Made by a program: the position numbers and the translations under genes. The notes below the pieces were generated by a model, which saw nothing but the letters and a program-made list of their open reading frames with translations, had not been told where the DNA came from and ran no database searches. Positions 22,871-34,974 of a DNA stretch of 43,205 bases are shown piece after piece; the stretch's first letter is position 1; every line of letters begins with the position of its first letter. This DNA comes from Schmidtea nova. Taxonomy: Eukaryota. The stretch covers positions 408,352,796-408,396,000 of the forward strand of contig CM097883.1 of the NCBI GenBank assembly GCA_044892505.1. The letters run 5' to 3'.

Positions 22871-24067
22871 AAGAATAATCAATTCAAGATAATAATATCA
22901 ATTATCCCACCAAATCAATAAAAAATTGACAAATGCGCACACGGACGCGATAATCAAAAAAACAATTTACAATTACAGGAATCCCTCGATTAGGGCGATT
23001 AATTGGTTTTCTGAAAGTGTCGCTCTAATCGAAGTTAATAAACAATACAAAATATTTTGATGCGCCCCAAGTCCTTAAATGCTTTACTTTGTGGGAAAAC
23101 TATTGCTATTTCCTTTCGAATAAAACAAATATGATGTAATGAATCGAAAAAAGAATGCAATATTCTATTTAATCAAGAATTAAAGGAAATAAATGTAATT
23201 CATAAAATCAATCAGTGACAATAAATAAGGAATGGGCTAAGAAATACTATTAGTAATTCAAGGATGAAACGAAACAGAATGCGTATGATGAAACGAAAAT
23301 TGAAATTACTGTAATATAATTGGCACAGAGACTCTAATAAATTGCGAGTGTCTGTTAGGGCTACGTTGAAAATTTGTTACACTTCCATGACTGTGCTTAC
23401 ATTTACTCGCGGTTAAACCAATCGAATTACAAGGATGTCAATGAGCAAATATCGATTGGAAACGTAAAATGAAATTAACAAAATGTCGTTGAGATATTGT
23501 TGACTAATAATGAGTCTTTGATATAGAAATATGAAGATGAAGTATTTCGAATGTTACTTTCGTATTCTTCAAAAATCATTATTAGTTTAACTTAACACTT
23601 ACATGTTATGAATACTTTGTCAATAAAGTTTACAAATTGGATTTGCTTCGAGGTCGACTAATTTTAATTAAACATAAGTAAGATAAATAGAATAATTCAA
23701 ATTCAAATATAAAATTTATTTTACTCAATTTAAACCTCCCAATTGAATTTATGGTACACACAAACAACATACAACTTATCGATTTCTACTCTGTGTTATC
23801 TAAATGCCCTAACCCTCTTCTTTATGACTTCATAAATTTGTCGTATTATGATTGTTTACTATTGTTGTATAGATGAACTTTACCCGATACAACATGTGTG
23901 TCGGCTAAGCCCAAGCGAAAAATTTAGTTACAAATTTTATTTCTGCACTAATTTACAAACAAACTCCTACACCATACACATCGATTAATTCACTAAAACT
24001 AATACATATATTCGTTATTATTCACACAAAGGATTTTCACAATTAGAAATAAGTTTTTTTCAAGCAA

Positions 24068-24430
24068 CTAAATTTCGGATCCAGTCGGACTCAAGGGGGA
24101 ATCGGGAATAGGAGAATCCGAATCGGGCTCGTAAATTTATCGGCCAATCTTTCGGAATTCTTCCTTATATATAGTTCCTTTGTATTGAATGATGTCGAGT
24201 CCCGGGATGCAACTCGAGGACTCCACAAAATATTTCGGTGTGTCTTCCGGATAAGTGCTATCGACGTCAATCGGCCATTCGGGTCCTCGTAGCCAGACAA
24301 AGTTATCTTGCCTATAGATATGGAGACTGAAACTCGGAGAATCGCCCGTTTGTTTGAATTAATTTTCATGCTTACGGAAAAATTCTTGAGCGAGCTCGGT
24401 TGGGATATTCTTCTTTAACGGCATTAACAT
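24068..24430 (-). pseudogene. Decayed ORF of unknown function (different frame from track ORF 24091-24369)
   Basis: MLMPLKKNIPTELAQEFFRKHEN*FKQ...FVWLRGPEWPIDVDSTYPEDTPKYFVE...IYKEEFRKIGR*IYEPDSDSPIPDSPLSP; two TAA interruptions. Confidence 0.35.
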
Positions 24431-24904
24431 TATCAAGAAATTATCGTATTGTTTGTCCTTATGAAGATTTTTCTCTACTTGCACAGATCTCTCCCCGAGT
24501 CGACCTCTGAAGCTGGAGTTACTCTTGCAATCATGTTTTCTCTTAATCTACAATAAAAATATCATCTATTCAACCTTTAAATTTATCCCTGGAATCATTC
24601 GAAGCTCTTATGAATTTTATTTGATAAAATTTTCATATTTATGGATCAAAAATTAAAAAAACATAAATCATTAACTATTCCCTCTAAAGTTCGTAAGTCC
24701 GCATTACATTTATATTCTCCAACCGCATAGGGTGAATCTATTAACAATTTCCCTTCTCCATAAATTGAATTGCCGCGCTTTAATCTTTGATCCCCGTTGT
24801 TGGTGTGGGAATGTCTAATGCAGTCGCAGTGATTGATATATACGATAATCGATTTCCATTAGCGACATATTTCTATTCAATGGGATTTCGCTTGGTGTTA
24901 ATTA

Positions 24905-27010
24905 TCTTGGTGTGCTGGCTGATGTTAGTCAACTTGGGATTTTATTGATGTTCGTATTAGGGTAATGCCGCCAACATAAAAATGTCTTTTTTTACATAAA
25001 AGTGTCCTTGCAATGCCTCTTTCATGGCCATCGGACTAAACTAGGTCCACTGTAACTCCTCAATACCTAGACCTTGCTTATTAATCTTACCCTCCAAAAG
25101 TTAGATTCGACGTTGTAGTTGTCACTTTCTGTCGGTATCTACTATTTGTTTAAGTCCTTCCATCTAAAAGAATAATTATAAAACATACATTTTATTGGCT
25201 AAATGGGATCATCCTATCCTTGTTCCTTTACAATTCAGGTCTAGTTTTCGCTATATTTATGATTCAATATTGATCCTGAAGTACTCTCTTCCCTTTACAC
25301 CACTCGTCGACATCGTCTCTAATATCTTCCTTATCGATTATTTGTCAAGCATGCCGCAATCATACGTTTTCAACCATGCAGATCACCATCCGTACGTATT
25401 CTTCATGTTACCTCAAGCATCCAAAATCCTCACAGATACTTCATTCATACAAAAAGTAAATAGAAGTCATAGCCCCAATTGTATTCAGTAATACTTAAAA
25501 ACAAACGAACAACAAAATGCAATGCTACGAGCGATTATTGGTTAGTTACACGTTGATTTAAATCCCACCCGTTAACTCTCGGGATCTGATAAGGTCCCTT
25601 CCTGGGAAGCGGTGGCTTCTTACTTGAGAACTCCGTTTGCTCGATAAAGCTCCGGATTCAGAGTCCAACAGACCCTCGAATTATATAGGAAAATCTCATA
25701 GACTTGAATATTTTGGGCCCACTGAGAGGAGTATCGCCAATCTGTTGAAAATGCGAAAGGAAGGTTTGAGAACTCCTGTGGCTCTTCGGTGTCTAGTCTT
25801 CTGGGACGATCTAGAAGAACATATCCTATTCGATGTAAGTCGCGTGTCGGAATGCGATCACCCAGCGGGGTGTCATTTCGTTATCGCGAAGAATGATAAA
25901 CCATTTGCGATGTTGATGTTTGAAATTTATCGATGGTCAGAGTGGTCCACCTTCGAACCATTTTTCCTCTGAGGGTTTTTCCCATAATTTGAAGGGTGCC
26001 TTGACAATGAATTGGCTACGCCATCGCCATCGCCGTGCTTGTCGGTGTGGATCGTTAAGCACACCTGCCGGGGCCTGTTTGGGAGGCCAGATTCCGTATT
26101 TGTTGACCTTTCCGTTTCAGCAATAGAGATGTTGACGATTTCGCATTATCTTAGAGATAGATTGCTTGCTGTCGAGAATGGGGGTTCGGTTTGTAGAGAG
26201 ATCGTTTGACGTGTAGGTCTTCTGATGCGTGAATTTGGTAATGTCTTCTGGCTACTCTACTATAAAAATGGCCAATATCCCTTATGACTATGTCTCCTTA
26301 CTTAATCGTGATTGAATCAGTCGATGAGTGGTACTGAATACATTATTCCATAACTTTATTGCGTCATTGATGTGATTTACTACTTCGTACTGCTAGGTAC
26401 TGCAAGGTGAGCGAATGAGTTACACCAGCGATCGGTTAACTTTTTTAACCATTACCCCAAAATATTTTTGCGTAAGTCGATATTATCCCCCCACCCATTC
26501 TGAAAAGAAAACAATCAATGTAAATTTTAAATAAACATTATTTATTAAATTAATTTACATTTACATATTTATAAAAAAAGTTACATGAAATAGCAATTTA
26601 AATATTAGAAAAATTTCCCTATTACCCAAAAATTTTTCATTTTTACCCCACTTGGGGTAATTTACCCCGGTTCCCCGACCGCTGAGTTACATTGTCGTGA
26701 AAGTCATATTTCAATCATTGGTAGGTTACGAACTATTTGTATTCACTCTATTTTCACAAATTCTACCAATTTCCTCTTTGGGTGACAACTTTCTATCTCT
26801 TATTGTCGACTCTCATATACTCTCAATTGTTTTTTCTTCCTTTTTATCTTCTGGGAGCTGATTCGTTTCCTTTTCTTAATTATAGTTTTCGGTTCAACCG
26901 ATGTCTCGCCTGAGTCTTCTTTCTGAATGGTGGTAGGGTACCATTTGGATAGAGTCATGGGCCGGATTAGTTCTGGTAGGTAATCAGCCACGAACTACTG
27001 GGTGATGTAA
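24905..27010 (-). mobile_element. Truncated LTR-family unit E
   Basis: Terminus TCTTGGTGTGCTGG...CAACTTGGG matches the A terminus; GATGTTCGTATTAGGGTAATGCCGCCAACATAAAAATG matches D; carries a coiled-coil ORF fragment; promoter end missing. Confidence 0.6.
26426..26684. mobile_element. hAT-type MITE, 259 bp
   Basis: TIR CAGCG(A/G)TCGG; 8-bp TSD AGTTACAC/AGTTACAT; TTACCCC subterminal repeats. Confidence 0.75.
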
Positions 27011-27012
27011 AA
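26800..27012 (-). pseudogene. C-terminal fragment of the coiled-coil/basic-tail ORF, copy E
   Basis: YITQ*FVADYLPELIRPMTLSKW...KKRKRISSQKIKRKKKQ vs F YLTQELSQLIRPITYQHW...KKKSKMGARQRR. Confidence 0.6.
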
Positions 27013-27184
27013 TTAAATCAAATTAAACAATTATTAAAAAACAGTATTAACAAGTTAGATGTCAAATCAAACAAACCAAATCAAAAACGAAAATACAACA
27101 TTAATATTACATTATATTAGTATATTCGTCCTAATCACGATCTTGATAATATCAACTTCAATACGGCTTGAGAAAATGTCTAAG

Positions 27185-27262
27185 GTTCCTCCGAATAATA
27201 TACCTATGAATAATATTCTTACGAATTATATACCTATGAAATATATTCCTATGAATAATTTT
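27185..27262. repeat. Degenerate 15-bp minisatellite (TATACCTATGAATAA-like)
   Basis: About five units; explains the PNNIPMNN peptide in the ORF track. Confidence 0.7.
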
Positions 27263-28078
27263 CAGTCAAAATATTTGGGTTAGGTGTCTAGATAACTTAC
27301 ACGTATCTTTAAATATTTACTTTTTTCAAGCACACACACCTTTAAAGGTATGACCATTCATTACAAGGGTTGACTTTATTTAACCTTTAAAAATAATAAT
27401 TTAAAATTTGACCTTGAAAACGATGGTGATTTTTGTTCTTTGTTATGAGTCATGTCTTTGTTATTTTATACCAAAAGATACTTTTAAAAAATCAAAAGAT
27501 GAAATATACTTCGAAAATAAAATTAATTTTAAATTACAAATAAATCTACAAATTTTAGATAATTGGGCTTCTTATTAAATAAAGATAAGAAAAAATCAGT
27601 AAAATTGTAACACAATAAAATGTACAAAACATTCTACAATAGATAAAGCGTGTTGACCTGATTGAGAGGAAAATATTGGTGCGTTACTTATTCTGCAATT
27701 ATAACACTTGAATTAAAACTATTAAATACTGGAATGATAAAAATAAAACAAAATAAGAATAAAATTACCATAAATTAACAAAACGTAATCGAGAGCAGTG
27801 AAGCCTGAAACAAAATGATAAATTTAAGAATGAGTAATAAAAATATACCAATTGAAAATCACGCGAGCAGAACGAGAGAGACGAAGTAAATGACTAGGCC
27901 ACTCAAGAATGACAGCGCGTGGGTGGACAACAGAGTGAGTCACCGGGTATGACAATAACCAAAAATAAAGATATTGATAAAAAAAACTCAATGCATAAAT
28001 TAACATTAAGAAAAATAATCATAAAGCAACAACCAATTAAAAATAAAATACCGGACAATTTCACAAACATATTGAATC

Positions 28079-28131
28079 CTGATTGGCCGGCCCAAACCAA
28101 AAACTACTATATAAGCAGTGGTTAAATCAGT
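28079..28131 (+). promoter_or_regulatory. Inverted CCAAT box plus TATA box (unit C)
   Basis: ATTGG at 28082, TATATAA at 28108 (26 nt). Confidence 0.7.
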
Positions 28132-29184
28132 TGAAGTAGTGTCATTTTACTGACTTAAAGACATATGGAAATTGTACCTGTATCAACGAGAATTTGTGAA
28201 AATAAAGGTATGTTCATGATCATTTAGTTGTGTTGTTATACGTCCCGAAGGTCTCCGGACCCGACGGGTGACAATGGGTCTCTCGTAGCAACACCTTATG
28301 GGTGATGGCCGATGCGGCGGAGGAGCACCAATAAATGTGGGAGAGGTTGCGCATAGGATTGTCCGAAGTAGTGTCGTGAACACTAGTAGAGATATCCCTC
28401 CAATTTCAGAAACATTTCTTTTTCAATGAACATAACAGCTCGATTTATCATCAAGGGAAAGGGAATTTAACAATGCCACTCGCATTCATAGGAATCACTA
28501 CATGCAGAAATTTTTACCCAAGTGCAATATGGGAGCGACAATAGAGATCCGCACCAAAATACCCCGACATGAGGTGGAAGGAATGTCAGGGGAAATGTTT
28601 GATATGATACAGTTGATGGTGTTTGGTTGATGTACTGATTGATGGTGTGATACATGAATTGAACGCGCCAACTACCGTAGGAAATCAGAGGAGGTAGGGC
28701 GAATGCATGAGGCTTGAAATGTTTTCGGTCGACGGCACCACTGGATGAAAGGCTGCTTGTCGACGGATTGGAGTATACATAAGAGTAATTTGACGTATAA
28801 AAAGGCAGATCTGACCGCTGAGTGCTGAAGTTTGTTGAAAATATCTAGTGAGTGAACAACAATTGTAGTTGAATGCAGACCGAGATCAGTGCATAATAAG
28901 TCACGGTTGAGCGTAGGCTACCACACAATACAGAACCATGGCTGAATGGTTACAGTGATAATTTTCTGAATTACTGTAGGAATGAGTGCTGTTGTGATTG
29001 AAAGAATGAGGATGCGTGGAAAGGGACAATGAGAAATGAATGTTGTATGGAATTTTCTAAATAAGGAATGATGTGATGAAGGGAAATTAAAAGACTATAT
29101 GACGGGATCGAAAGAATAAGTGGTGTGGGGTATATAAACTTAGCGAAATATCTTGAGCGTATAGAATTGCGACCGGAACAAATC

Positions 29185-29340
29185 CACACAGGTCTTCTAT
29201 CGGCAGTGGTGAACCCGTAAATTTTACCTGCCGTTAGACTACAACGCTAGATGCATTACTAACATGATGAGCAATTAGGGACGAGTCATGGGCATCAGCG
29301 GGAGAATGTTAATGTGGGTGGGATTGCCCTAATATTAACA
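29185..29340 (+). ncRNA. Conserved structured RNA element, copy C
   Basis: CTTCTATCGGCAG...CTGCC; CATGAT/GTCATG stem (29263-68 with 29285-90), 16-nt loop with ATTAGGG complementary to CCCTAAT at 29327. Confidence 0.65.
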
Positions 29341-30042
29341 TCAAGAAATATCCATGTTAAACATCAACCAACAAATCAGCATGGTGGTTTTGTGTAATAA
29401 CAAATGAAATAAATTTTATTGAATTGAAAATTTGAAAATGTATAGTTGACATTGTCATCGCAGAGACACCCAATCTTCGTTCTTCAGATATTGTAATGAC
29501 TTTTCTACCCAATCCGGATCGACTCTTTCTTGCTTGATTGTCATGTTGACTTTTGTATTTTAAAATGTCATGCTTCGTAGAAATCATAGTATTTGTAATG
29601 TTACTATAAAATAATATATATGTCTATCAATTTACTTTTATTTTATTTAATATCATGTTTATAATAATATTAATTTTTTGAATTAAAATTTATACATCAG
29701 ACACAAACATTTATTTAAACCAATTTTGAAAACGAAATTTTTATGTTTTATAATTTTAAATTTATAAAGTTATTTTAAATTTATAAAACGGAAATTAATT
29801 GGAAATTAGTATTTACAATATTTTAAAATGAAAAATTGTAAATAAAAACGCCTCTGATTGTATGGGGCAATTAACTCATTACATGCAAATTTATCCCAAA
29901 TGAACCTTTACAATTAAATCGGTTAATCTATGCGCAAAATGGACAGGAACCGGAACTCAGATAATTTCCATCCAATTGAATTACAGTTATGTTTAAGATA
30001 TAGACATAATCTGTTTCATTAATTTTCTTATTACAATTGATA

Positions 30043-30380
30043 ATGAGTGGACTTTGGGATTGGTTATCTGACCTTTTTCAAGTGATCTCAGATATTTGAG
30101 TTTTTTTAAAAATTGGGTTGACTTTTTTTCTTGATTTTGAAAATACTAAAAAAACACATTTCTTCAAAGACTGTGAAATGGCTTCTCATTATCTCATAAT
30201 TCATGCAACAGCCGATATATTAATTATACGTGGTTGAAATTCATTTCTTATATTGTATTCCATGAATAAGCACGAAAAGTTATTAAAAATTATATATTTT
30301 TTATTTGATGGACTTTTGTGAGCTAAAAGAGATTGTAGAGAACTTATTAGAGCTCATAGAGAAGCTTCTAAGTATATCTA
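30043..30380 (+). pseudogene. SAR1: Heavily decayed intronless Sar1-like small GTPase copy
   Basis: MSGLWDW...KIGLTFFLDFENTKKT-HFFKDCEMASH...HATADILIIRG matches Sar1 W(D)W...K.GKLVFLGLDNAGKTT..H.LKDDR..QH...HPTSEEL.I.G in order and spacing; several stops; C-terminus not recognised. Confidence 0.5.
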
Positions 30381-30824
30381 GGTTTCGGTTCAGTTATATA
30401 AGTGGACTAATTTGACTTTCGATTATAATTAACCTTTTGATGCATCAGTTCCATCATTTATGCTGTGGAGGTAGTTCAATCGAATATCCATTTAAATATC
30501 TGCTATTACTGGTTTCATTAATGGTTTCAGTCAGATAATCTAAGCTGCTTTGAATTGGACTAATTAAGATGCAATCGGTCCTCAGTTGGCCATTATCTAC
30601 AGCGGAGTTTAGTCCGCAACTTCTCCATATTAAAAATCAAAGTTTCCACTACTATAACTGGCAATCCAGCTTCGCATTACATATTCAATAGCTCTAATCT
30701 AAACCCAAGACAAATTAATGTTCTGAGTTGCTTACGTTGAACTATTTCCGAGTTTGAACTTGAAAAGGTAAATTATACGAAAACCTTTTCTGGACATCAT
30801 TTTAATTCTGAAAAATATTTTTAA

Positions 30825-31322
30825 ACATCGGCATGATGTATTAAAAATATGATTTCAGTATGAATACAGGTCAAATCTCGATGTAACGAATACCGAAGTA
30901 ACGAAATTTCCAGTATAACAAATCTATAATTTGTCCCCGACGAACTTCCATACATACTTATAGTACTCACTATAACAAATTTTCAGTATAACGAAACAAT
31001 TTACTCAGTCCCGTGAGCTTCGTTACAACGAGATTTGACTTGTATAATGAAGTGTTATATGAAGTATTATAATTGATTTATTTATTTAATATTTGTGATT
31101 AGTTATCACTACATTTTCTTTTATACATTAAAACAAGAAAAAACGAAAACATAAAATACAGTAACTACATCGGCATGATGTATTAAAAATATGATTTCAG
31201 TATGAATATAATGAAGTGTTATATATGAAGTATTATAATTGATTTATTTATTTAATATTTGTGATTAGTTATCACTACATTTTCTTTTATACATTAAAAC
31301 AAGAAAAATCGAAAACATAAAA
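30825..31322. repeat. Tandem duplication of ca.155 bp, first copy carrying a MITE
   Basis: ACATCGGCATGATG...GAAAACATAAAA at 30825-31156 (with insert) and 31167-31322. Confidence 0.9.
30867..31042. mobile_element. pogo/Tigger-type MITE, 176 bp, TA TSD
   Basis: TIR CAGGTCAAATCTCGATGTAACGAA vs TTCGTTACAACGAGATTTGACTTG; empty site in the adjacent duplicate confirms TA duplication. Confidence 0.9.
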
Positions 31323-32998
31323 ACATAAAAGTAAAAATTAAAAAAAGATAAATAAATAACTTTTAAAATTGTAAGAACTAATATTTATTTTTCACAACGA
31401 TTTATCACTAGAGTGTTTCAAAATGCATTCAAACAAAATGTTCATTATTTTTGAGCAACCTAATAAATTATGTTAGAATAAATAATACCAAAAATTTAAT
31501 ATTTAAATAATTATTTTTTAAAGTCTTGGTAACTTCGTTACTTAATCGTTAAAATCAGTTGGAAGTGGTGATAAAAATTTACCTTCATATTACGCTTTGT
31601 CTTTGTGATACTTAAAATTTAAATTTCCCTTTTAAAACAAAAAAAGTCAAACGTACCTATCTTTATCTTGCTAATCTATTTTATGTTTGTCTCTTTACGT
31701 CTTCTACAGATCGCTGACAAAAAGTGGTACCGAATTTTAGGTGTATGTAGTATTTATCGAAACAAGTATAATATTAATGGAACATAGGTCTCAAAATGCT
31801 GCCTCTAAAAGTTAAATTTCATAAAGTTTGATTAATACTAACACTATCATAAAATATATAATAATTATGAAATAAATTTATTGTAAATTATTTATAAATT
31901 TCAAATGTCTTAGACACATTTAAAATATAAATTTTAAAAATCAAAAAATTTTTAAAAGTTTATTCAAATGATATTCAGTAGGACTTCTAATGGTAGACGC
32001 ATTTAGAGTTTATTTGACTCTCATCAATACCATGTAAGAAACTCGACTCCACCCGAAATAGAACCCAATGACTTAATGATCAAACCCAAGATTCTGACCA
32101 CTTCTTCACCAAGCTGCATCAAATATCACAATTATTGAACCGCTCTCCTCAAATGTATTAATGTATATTCGATATCTTACAAACTAAGGACATCAGTAAC
32201 TCGCATCCAATAGTTGTAAAAAATCTAAAACTTTTTACTACATCAATGATTTTATATTTAGTAAAAATTAATATAAATAAATTTAATAAGGAAAATAATC
32301 TCCAGTAAATCCTATTTTTCATAAACCGCAAAATCTTTATCTAATTAATAATTAAATTCTTAATAAACTAAAAACTTCATCGTTTATATATTTCTCATTT
32401 AAACAATCCTTTCTTTAATTTCTTAATAAACATTTTTTTGAGTATTACTTCGCATTCTTGCAACAGTCAATCGGTTGGGTCCAACTATTAATATATCTAG
32501 CTCAATCCAGACTAGTTTATTTCCCCTCAAAATATATCAACGTCAGTTTTTCATGTTGCATTTCTCAAAATTGTTTGTTAAGTATTTTTAATAATAACAA
32601 GGTATCGAACTATAATGGGCAATGAAGCTTTTAATCCAATTTTCGTATATAACTCATTTGAAATCAATGATGGCTACAGAGTAGTGATAGGAAAATACAG
32701 ATGGAATGTGCACATATACGGCAATGAAGGTATGATAATGGATCGGATGACAATTTATTAATTTGTAATCTTGTGAACATGTATTGACATTTTTGTTTTG
32801 TGGTGGTTGGAGGCAATTGGGGATGAAATTTTATGAATATTTTATGTTCTAAATAGTTTATGTAAATGAAATGATAATTATTATAATTTTAAAATTAATA
32901 ATTAAAAAAAGTAATATTTTTTATTTTTGTTGATTATTATTTCCCTGTTTAAACAAAAAAAGTAATTTCAAGCACATCGGTTGCTTTCGGAAAAACAC

Positions 32999-33160
32999 NN
33001 NNNNNNNNNNNNNNNNNNNNNNNNNNNNNNNNNNNNNNNNNNNNNNNNNNNNNNNNNNNNNNNNNNNNNNNNNNNNNNNNNNNNNNNNNNNNNNNNNNNN
33101 NNNNNNNNNNNNNNNNNNNNNNNNNNNNNNNNNNNNNNNNNNNNNNNNNNNNNNNNNNNA
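32999..33160. other. Assembly gap (162 N)
   Basis: N run. Confidence 1.
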
Positions 33161-33625
33161 ATAGCGAAGGTAATTAATAATATATAAAATAATAATAGTT
33201 ATTAATAAATATCCTTTTATTCAATGGATGGTATCACAATTGAAATGTATACCTTTTATTCCTTTGATGATACGAATAGATATAGTTCAATAATTTCAAA
33301 TTGGTACACAATAATTCACAAGGTTATAATGCAAAGATTATGCTCCGGTTCTGCTTTCAAAAGATAATTCACAGGTATTGTTTGCTTATACGTGTTTCTT
33401 TTTATTCCTCTATTCTCTTGTTAATCTGTTTTATTTTCAGTTTCTATTCTGATGGTGTTAATTTATTAATATTAAATTTATTTATATATTTATAATTTAC
33501 AATATAATTGCACGAGCTCCCTATAGCTCACCACTGATACTAACTTTATTACTCTTCTTTGTCCTGGAGAGATTCAAACTTATTCTTTATTCATTATAAT
33601 TAATTTTATTCATGCTTTTTTTAAT

Positions 33626-33798
33626 TTATTTCAATACTTGGCTGTATACAAAATATTTAGTCTCTTGACAAATCACGATGACTAACAAGCTTAGAATTCA
33701 TTCGCCCTTGACATTCCTTCATACATCTGTCCATGTCTGAAGCAGTCGTCAGTCATACCCAAGGCTGTTACTTTTAGCGGTTGTCTTTGTGCCTTATT
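33626..33798 (-). pseudogene. Helitron PIF1-helicase C-terminal relic
   Basis: NKAQRQPLKVTALGMTDDCFRHGQMYEGMSRA resembles NKSQGQSL..VGL....CFSHGQLYVA.SRV; then TKYFVYSQVLK* resembles TKNIVY.EVL*. Confidence 0.7.
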
Positions 33799-34102
33799 CT
33801 AATATTTTCTATACCTTCTTAGTTTCTTATAAATCTTGGTTTTCATTTCTCTTCTTTTTGGTCATTTTTAAAATAAATATTTTTTATAGTTAAAGAAAAT
33901 CATTTTAAATCTGATTTTTATTTCAAGGATCTTTCGTTGTATTTAATAATAATTGTAATGTTACTCGTGAGCGATAATTTTCATTGAGGTTTGTTGTAGG
34001 ATGGAGTATTCGTGTGAATGATTTTTGTGGAAGATTGAAGAACCCAACAAATTCTCCAGTGAAAACTGTGTCTTGACTGTTGGGGTGCGTGTTGTGTAGT
34101 TG

Positions 34103-34104
34103 TA

Positions 34105-34177
<73 letters not shown>
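34103..34177. repeat. (AT)n microsatellite (others at 3628-3661, ca.11566-11602, ca.15116-15154)
   Basis: Direct. Confidence 0.95.
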
Positions 34178-34180
<3 letters not shown>

Positions 34181-34311
34181 CATTAACAAATAACAAACAG
34201 ATAATGAACAACTTTTATAATAACTTTATTTAACAAAAAAAATACAATTAATGTCTACTCACGATAAAAAAAATCAAATGTTTTGAATAATCTTCTGTTT
34301 ATTCTATAATA

Positions 34312-34974
34312 TAGGGTTTCCCTTTCGTTAGGGACAATTTCCCTACCAAAAGTAACAGTTTTCCTATCAATATGATAATTTTCCCTATCAATAGTAACAT
34401 TTTCCCTATTAATAAGGACTTCCGTAAATTAAAATTATGAAATTTAAGATACCAATCCTTGATTTATTGATATGTAAAGAAAGGGATGGGTATACACCAT
34501 AAAAGTGTATATGGTATAAAAGTGCATATGTAGCATCATTACCGAGGATTGGATGAATTAATTCAAAGAGATAATATTAATTTGTTTTTCTTGCCACCAT
34601 ATTCACCGATGTTAAATATTATCGAAAATTGTTTTTCAAATTGGAAAAATAATGTTGCAAGGTCTGAGGTTACATCTGAGGTGGAGTTATTTCGCCAAAT
34701 AAACACTGTATTTCAAACAATAACAACCGAGGATTGTAATGGATTTTTTTAAGAAAAATGCTGAGGTATTTCGAACGCTGTAGAAATCGTGAAATATTTA
34801 TTGAATAAAATCATATATGATAATCTCATTTTTATTCTTTACTTTATGTATTTCATTTTATTTGTTACTTTTATATTTTTTAATTATTTCCATAATGATA
34901 GGGAAAATGTCCGATTTGATAGGGAAATTGTTACTTTTGGTAAGGAAATTGTCCCTAACGAAAGGGAAACCCTA
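34312..34974 (+). mobile_element. Tc1/IS630-like internal-deletion derivative, 663 bp
   Basis: TIR of about 50-60 bp starting TAGGGTTTCCCTTTCGTTAGGGACAATTTCC, TA flanks, transposase remnant inside. Confidence 0.85.
34549..34790 (+). pseudogene. DDE_3 transposase C-terminal fragment
   Basis: FLPPYSPMLNIIENCFSNWK is the Tc1/IS630 YSPDLNPIE motif. Confidence 0.85.

Larger units (their letters stand above)
27651..29381 (+). mobile_element. LTR-family unit C (ca.1.7 kb, lacks the coiled-coil ORF)
   Basis: Candidate start TGTTGACC; A-rich tract, CCAAT/TATA module, structured RNA, and an end ...CCAACAAATCAGCA aligned with D; no TSD, so the left end is uncertain. Confidence 0.55.

Noticed and set aside
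22974-23035. pogo-like TIR TA|CAGGAATCCCTCGATTAG
   Set aside because: No partner end found in the window.
29274-29333. TTAGGG/CCCTAA as telomeric repeat or telomerase template
   Set aside because: Single hexamers that pair with each other; copy F changes both sides, and there is no tandem array.
29382-29395. TGGTGG directly after unit C as a PBS
   Set aside because: No recognisable tRNA complement beyond TGG, and no gag follows.
32030-32080. VESSFLHG as a Copia RT motif
   Set aside because: Single short match without flanking RT motifs.
32981-33187. ORF spanning Ns
   Set aside because: Assembly gap.
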